Source: Candidatus Latescibacterota bacterium (GTDB taxonomy: Bacteria; Latescibacterota; UBA2968). Taken from it: a stretch of 64,000 nt of DNA. The notes below the pieces were generated by a model. The model had not been told where the DNA came from. It saw only the letters and a list, made by a program, of their open reading frames with translations, and made no database searches. Positions 58,840 to 64,000 of this stretch are shown piece after piece (the stretch's first letter is position 1; each line of letters begins with the position of its first letter). The DNA lies in the NCBI GenBank assembly GCA_965204745.1, contig OZ242010.1, positions 2,144,001-2,208,000 on the forward strand, written 5' to 3'. A program made the translations under genes and the position numbers.

Positions 58840-60585
58840 ATGGATCAGCAGATGATGACGAATGAGGAGAATTACGCCTTTGATTTGACGGGCTATTTGC
58901 ACGTGCCGGGGGTGTTGACCCGGCCCGAAGTGGCGCGGTTGAACGAGGCGATAGATCGGATGGGGGCGCTCGAGGGGATGTTGGGATGGGAAGGCGATTT
59001 GCGCGAGCCGTTCCGCGACGTGTTGGTTCATCCCCAACTGGTGTGGTATTTGGATCAAATCGTGGGGCCTGGGTTTCGCCTGGACCGCGAACCCACAATC
59101 CTGTGCGACGAGACGTGCGATACGTCTGCGCCGCTGATGGGCGGCAATGAGCCGAGAGACCCGGCACTGGCGTATTACCACCAAAATGGGCGCCGATTTT
59201 GCGAGGGCGTGCGCGTGATTTGGGCGTTGTCAGACGTGAAGGCAGGCGATAGCGGGTTTGTGATGCTGCCGTGTACGCACAAGGCGAATGTGGAGACGCC
59301 AGCGGATGTTTTGACCGGTGTGGATGATGCGGACCATCTCTTTCAGCCCGAGTTGAAAGCGGGCGATTTGCTGATCGTGGGCCTGACGGTCGTGCAAGGG
59401 ATGCGCGCCTGGCAAGGCGAGGGGCCGCAGCGGTTGTTGTCCTACGAGTACGTGGGGCGCGGGGTGATGCGTTCCGCCGGGCCTAGCGACGCATCGAAAA
59501 CAATGCCCGTGCCCGACTGGATGGCGGAGATGCAACCCGAACAGCGCGCCTCCCTGTATCGCCCCGGGTATGGGGATACGACGCCGCCACCGACGTTGAA
59601 GACGGATGGCGAGACCGTGACATTGGACGCATCCCGCGAACTTTTTCATCCGTCCATTTTGACGAAAAATCCCGATTCGGGCATCGACGAGAAGGAATTT
59701 TACTTTTGGGATTTGAACGGGTATCTCGTATTGCGCGGGGTGATGGACGACGCGTGGCTGGCCGAGGCCAATGCGACTATCGACAAATTCGAAGATCAGA
59801 TCGTCGTCGGCGAAGAACTCGCCCGCGGGTCAAAAGCCCTCGCGGGCACGGGCAGGCCCTTGTTGAACGGGCTGATTCAGTTGCCCAAGCCCTATTGCGA
59901 TCCATTTCGGCGCATGCTCGCGCATCCGGGCGTTGAACACCGGCTCAACTGGATGGGTGGCAGTGGCGGGCGCACGGGCGGTGGCACGGCATTTTGCGCG
60001 GTGAAGGGCACGTCCGGCCATTCCCTGCACGATTCCAACGAGCCGCTCAATCCCACGCGGGGGTACGTGTATCACAATGGGCGCAGCTATTGCGAAGCCA
60101 TCACCGTGACCTGGCAGTTGCGCGACGTCGCGGAAGCAGATGGCGGGTTTGCGTGCGTGCCGGGATCACACAAGGCGTATTACCCTCTGCCCCCGGGCGT
60201 GCGCTCGTATGATGACCACATGGGCTTGGTCAAACACGTGGCGATGAAAGCGGGCGACGTGCTCTTTTTCATGGATGGCGGCACGACACACGGCACCTTG
60301 GCGTGGAAGAGCGAGATTTCGAGGCGGGGGATTTTGCACAAATACTCCTCGCGGAATTTCAATCGCAGCGGCGGGGAATTGACCCATCCAGAGAACCGCT
60401 GGGGCGATCTGGTGGCGGGCATGACAGACGCACAACTGGCCGTGATGCGCGGCCCTGACCGCGATGTTTTCGACAAGAACGTGCCGCGCCTGACCGTTGC
60501 CAACGGCGTTGTGGGGGTGTCTTACGAGCGAGGCAGTGCGTTGTACAGCAAGGACGCGCCACAAGGGCCGGTGGCAAAACGATAA
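58840..60585 (+). CDS. tandem phytanoyl-CoA dioxygenase (PhyH)-like protein
   Basis: Two repeats: FDLTGYL / WDLNGYL, GF..LP.THKA / GFAC.PGSHKA, KAGD. Confidence 0.85.
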   Translation: MDQQMMTNEENYAFDLTGYLHVPGVLTRPEVARLNEAIDRMGALEGMLGWEGDLREPFRDVLVHPQLVWYLDQIVGPGFRLDREPTILCDETCDTSAPLMGGNEPRDPALAYYHQNGRRFCEGVRVIWALSDVKAGDSGFVMLPCTHKANVETPADVLTGVDDADHLFQPELKAGDLLIVGLTVVQGMRAWQGEGPQRLLSYEYVGRGVMRSAGPSDASKTMPVPDWMAEMQPEQRASLYRPGYGDTTPPPTLKTDGETVTLDASRELFHPSILTKNPDSGIDEKEFYFWDLNGYLVLRGVMDDAWLAEANATIDKFEDQIVVGEELARGSKALAGTGRPLLNGLIQLPKPYCDPFRRMLAHPGVEHRLNWMGGSGGRTGGGTAFCAVKGTSGHSLHDSNEPLNPTRGYVYHNGRSYCEAITVTWQLRDVAEADGGFACVPGSHKAYYPLPPGVRSYDDHMGLVKHVAMKAGDVLFFMDGGTTHGTLAWKSEISRRGILHKYSSRNFNRSGGELTHPENRWGDLVAGMTDAQLAVMRGPDRDVFDKNVPRLTVANGVVGVSYERGSALYSKDAPQGPVAKR

Positions 60586-60593
60586 AAGTCAAC

Positions 60594-60622
60594 TTGACAG
60601 ATCTCGACATGCGGTCTATTTT
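60594..60622 (+). promoter_or_regulatory. putative sigma70 promoter
   Basis: TTGACA-17 nt-TATTTT. Confidence 0.5.
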
Positions 60623-60686
60623 TGGCTTCGCCCGCCCTGCCGTGGCGCAGGTGGGCTGGTACTGACGACTGAATGAGGAGAACGCA

Positions 60687-61664
60687 ATGGGCATTAACGT
60701 GGGTTTTGTGGGCGCAGGCGGACGTGCGCGGTCACACATGCGCGTGCTGTCGCGCCTTGAAGATGTCGATATCGTCGCGCTTTGCGATGTCAAAGAAGAC
60801 GCGGCACAAAGCGCGGCTTCTGAATTTGGCGGCGCGGTCTATACCGATTACCGCGAGATGTTGGACAAAGAAGATTTGACGGCGATGTACGTGGTGGTGC
60901 CGACGTTTGCACACTACGACGCGGAGATTTTGGCCGCGCAACAGGGCGTCCACATGTTGTTGGAAAAACCCGTGGTGCCGACGATGGAAAAGGGCTTGGA
61001 AATTTTGGAAGCCGTGCAAACCTCGGGCGTGTTGACGTCTGTGGGCTATCAACAGCGATACACCGGCGGCGCGAAGCAGGGGCGCGAATTTTTGCGGGAT
61101 AAGGATGTGGCCATGGCGACGGCCTATCGCTGGGGCGGTTTGCCGGGCACGCCTTGGTGGCGCGTGATGGCGCAATCGGGCGGGCAAATTGTGGAGCAGA
61201 CCACGCACCAAGTCGATTTGTTGCGCTATCTCGTGGGCGAGGTGGCAGAAGTGCATGCGTATTATGCCACGCGCGCCTTGAACGATGTCGAAAATTTGGA
61301 TATTCCCGATGTGTACGCGCTGTCCTTGCAATTTGAAAATGGCGCGGTGGGCACGCTGAGTTCCACTTGCGTGCTCCGCAACGGCGGTGGCTCAAATGGG
61401 ATCGACGTGATGATGCGCGATATGCGCGCGACGGTTGGCGCGAATGGCGTGACGGTATTTCCAAGCGGCGCCGCTGAAGTGGGCGAGATGCCCGAATCCG
61501 AGGATATCGACGAGGTGTTTATGGACGCGATTCGCTCGGGCGATAGATCGGGGATTTTATCCGATTTTGAAGACGGGTTACGCAGCCTCGATATTTCCCT
61601 CGCGGCGAACAAATCCGCCGAGACAGGACAACCCGAGCGAACTTATTTTTCGCAGAATCGTTAA
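60687..61664 (+). CDS. Gfo/Idh/MocA family oxidoreductase
   Basis: GFVGAGG, LEKP, SGGQIVEQTTHQVD. Confidence 0.9.
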   Translation: MGINVGFVGAGGRARSHMRVLSRLEDVDIVALCDVKEDAAQSAASEFGGAVYTDYREMLDKEDLTAMYVVVPTFAHYDAEILAAQQGVHMLLEKPVVPTMEKGLEILEAVQTSGVLTSVGYQQRYTGGAKQGREFLRDKDVAMATAYRWGGLPGTPWWRVMAQSGGQIVEQTTHQVDLLRYLVGEVAEVHAYYATRALNDVENLDIPDVYALSLQFENGAVGTLSSTCVLRNGGGSNGIDVMMRDMRATVGANGVTVFPSGAAEVGEMPESEDIDEVFMDAIRSGDRSGILSDFEDGLRSLDISLAANKSAETGQPERTYFSQNR

Positions 61665-61758
61665 AGAGGAGCAACGACCACTATCTGGTCGAACTCGCCT
61701 CCGTAACGGTGCTTCGCGCAATCGGCGCAAAGTTCCCCTATATCGAGGTTTGTAACTC

Positions 61759-63132
61759 ATGATCAGACAGATAAAAATAAAAAATTTGGGGCCAATCACG
61801 CGGGGATCCTTTGAGGTTAAACCGATCACGCTTTTTTGCGGCCCCAATAATAGCGGTAAGACCTGGGCGATGTATTCGCTGTACTACTATTTGAATTTGC
61901 AACATGAGCCGTCGCCATCACTCGGTTCCCTTACTGTTTTTAGAGATATGTACGCTTCTCTCTTTGAGAACAGCAGTGATTACACTTTCTCCGTAAAGGA
62001 GTGGGTATCAAAAAATGGGAAAACATTTATTGAGCAGGTCAATCGAATCATTCACGCCAATCTGCCCAATTTGTTTAATACTCCGTCAGAATTATTCGAG
62101 TCCTCTTATTTTTTTCTTCAGCCCGATTTGGAGAGTCTTGTTGCTGAATTGATCGAAAAAGAGGTCAATGCCTCGGTTTCTTTAGGACGAAAAAAAATTA
62201 TGCGTCTCACCAAAAAAGCGGGGCATGATTGTATTCGGCTAATCGCAGAATCAGATCGACCTCCTTACGAGATATTTGCAGACAGGATTGGTTGTCTTTT
62301 GTTGGGACTCGGTGAAGGCCGAGATGCTTTTCTGATGCCGGCAGAACGCAATGGACTGCATTTATTTTTTCGGGAATTGAGTAGTAAAAGGACCGCCCTA
62401 TTGCATCATGCTTCTCGGGAAAATATCGATATCCTGGAACTTTTGCGCGATGTCATGCGATCCCGCTATGCCATGCCTATCGCCCATTACATCGACTGGC
62501 TCAATGATATGCAAAGCATCCAAAAACGCGGAACGGGCGATTTCCACCCGTATGCGAAAAAAATAAAAAAATTGGTGTCGGGTAGCTACACTGTGGATGC
62601 GCGTACTGGCGAGATTACCTTTAAGCCCTATCAAAAAAAACGCGATGGCAAGTCAACTCAGCGGATGGGATTGCATTCGACTTCATCTGCGGTAAAGAGT
62701 TTGTTCGGTCTTTGGTTTTATTTGGAAAACCAAGCAAAAAAAGGCGATGTGCTGATGATCGATGAGCCGGAATTGAACATACACCCCGAGAACCAACGCA
62801 AGATAGCGCGAGTTTTGGCTATGTTGGTGAACGCTGGGCTAAATGTCGTGGTGAGTACACACAGCGACTATATCGTGCGAGAACTCAATTCTCTGATCAT
62901 GTTGTCTGGCGACAAGGGCAAAAAACTCCGAGAAAAATATGGCTATCAAAAGGACGAGGTTTTGTCTCACAAAAAAATTGGTGCTTATTTGTTTGACGAG
63001 CAAAAAATCACGCCGTTTGAAATTACACCTGAAGATGGCGTCTATGCCACGACTTTTGACGAGGTGATTAGGGAACTCAATACCGTAAACGACGACATTT
63101 ATTATAGCTTACAGGAAAGCAACAATGGGTAA
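61759..63132 (+). CDS. ABC-type ATPase (AAA_15/AAA_21-like), putative defence component
   Basis: IKNLGPI, GPNNSGKT, PAERNG, SSAVKSL, IDEPELNIHP.NQ, STHSDY. Confidence 0.85.
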   Translation: MIRQIKIKNLGPITRGSFEVKPITLFCGPNNSGKTWAMYSLYYYLNLQHEPSPSLGSLTVFRDMYASLFENSSDYTFSVKEWVSKNGKTFIEQVNRIIHANLPNLFNTPSELFESSYFFLQPDLESLVAELIEKEVNASVSLGRKKIMRLTKKAGHDCIRLIAESDRPPYEIFADRIGCLLLGLGEGRDAFLMPAERNGLHLFFRELSSKRTALLHHASRENIDILELLRDVMRSRYAMPIAHYIDWLNDMQSIQKRGTGDFHPYAKKIKKLVSGSYTVDARTGEITFKPYQKKRDGKSTQRMGLHSTSSAVKSLFGLWFYLENQAKKGDVLMIDEPELNIHPENQRKIARVLAMLVNAGLNVVVSTHSDYIVRELNSLIMLSGDKGKKLREKYGYQKDEVLSHKKIGAYLFDEQKITPFEITPEDGVYATTFDEVIRELNTVNDDIYYSLQESNNG

Positions 63133-63712
63133 TGGAAAAACATTGTTTGATCTGTTTGATAGCACAATTGAGAAAACATTTCATCTCAAAAGAAATGGAC
63201 GGCAGTGGATTTTGACCGAAAGGGCAAAAAAAGGTACTCAACTGTCGATTATTGCTCCAAACAGATATTCGCTGGGATTCACGCTGGACGAGGCAAACTC
63301 GCCATCGGCCCAAAATCCTATGTCTTTTATCTCGGGCAATCCCCCTGAACATATAAAAAAAATGTGCGATGCTATCGTGGCCTTGACATATAGAGGTATG
63401 GGTTATCTGTTTTGCATAGAACAAAAGAGTGGGAATAAGGGAGATTACAAAAAACAACTGATGAACGGCGCGATTTTTTGTAACTGGCTTATGGCTTTAT
63501 TCAAAGCGCACAATCACTTTAACCAAAAGCCAATTTATATTGGCCTCCTCGTCTTCACGCCTAGGGCAAAGGCAACGAGAAAAGGTTTGACCTCACACAG
63601 AGAGGATGAACCTGAAGCATGTGGCCCCATCAAACCTTTTGACAAGTGTTACAGAATAGTCAATCAAAATGAAATTCGGTTGGGAGAAGTGTGTAAATTG
63701 CATCGAGAGTAA
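63125..63712 (+). CDS. hypothetical protein with possible PD-(D/E)xK motif
   Basis: CDAIV...IEQKS...KKQL; 8-nt overlap with the ATPase; AT-rich. Confidence 0.65.
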   Translation: MGNGKTLFDLFDSTIEKTFHLKRNGRQWILTERAKKGTQLSIIAPNRYSLGFTLDEANSPSAQNPMSFISGNPPEHIKKMCDAIVALTYRGMGYLFCIEQKSGNKGDYKKQLMNGAIFCNWLMALFKAHNHFNQKPIYIGLLVFTPRAKATRKGLTSHREDEPEACGPIKPFDKCYRIVNQNEIRLGEVCKLHRE

Positions 63713-63883
63713 CGGGGGTTTCGCGCTTCGCGCAATCGGTGCAGAGTTCCCCGACTTCATCGCCTGACCGAGGTCGGGATGCCCGCAACGTACCGATCAC
63801 ACAGTATTTTTTCGCAAGGCCCGAACCCGAGTTGGCGTTTGGGGCCCTGACAACTGTATCACCTTTATTCACCACGGTAGGCT

Positions 63884-64000
63884 ATGAGAAAGAGAATTCG
63901 AGAAGTTGGAATCGCCATTTTTTTGGCTATTTTGATTCGAGGCACGCTGGTGCAAGCGTATCACATCCCGTCTGGATCGATGGAAAATACGCTGTTGGAA
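63884..64000 (+). CDS. lepB: signal peptidase I, 5' part (truncated by window edge)
   Basis: MRKRIREVGIAIFLAILIRGTLVQAYHIPSGSMENTLLE contains the catalytic Ser box IPSGSM..TL. Confidence 0.88.
   Translation, partial: MRKRIREVGIAIFLAILIRGTLVQAYHIPSGSMENTLLE

Overview
A GC-rich bacterial chromosomal window. The SprA/Sov homologue, dockerin/EF-hand-like tails, Uma2, Rpn and PhyH genes suggest an FCB-related lineage such as Latescibacterota/Gemmatimonadota, possibly a host-associated MAG (inference only). The housekeeping backbone is ruvX-mltG-pcrA, gatC, gltA-msrP-selD(Sec)-selC, sprA, lptFG, mtaB, cmk-plsC-rpsA, queF and lepB. Accessory blocks interrupt it: tandem Uma2 genes, an OLD-like ABC-TOPRIM gene, a MjaI-like type II R-M pair, a type III R-M locus split by a TIR-TIR-membrane-protein module, an Rpn gene with an internal start, an HNH gene, a 7.7-kb secreted repeat protein behind a poly-C tract, an IS110 element and an ABC-ATPase/nuclease pair. 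Three signals stand out. (1) A candidate new Thoeris-like system, with two ThsB-type TIRs and a translationally coupled 3-TM protein, is nested in the type III R-M operon inside duplicated flanks. (2) The IS110 bridge-RNA guides can be read directly from the sequence and are programmed against this genome's abundant heptamer repeat. (3) Cargo genes are repeatedly bracketed by copies of the local host sequence. Family assignments come from motif recognition by eye; no searches were run.
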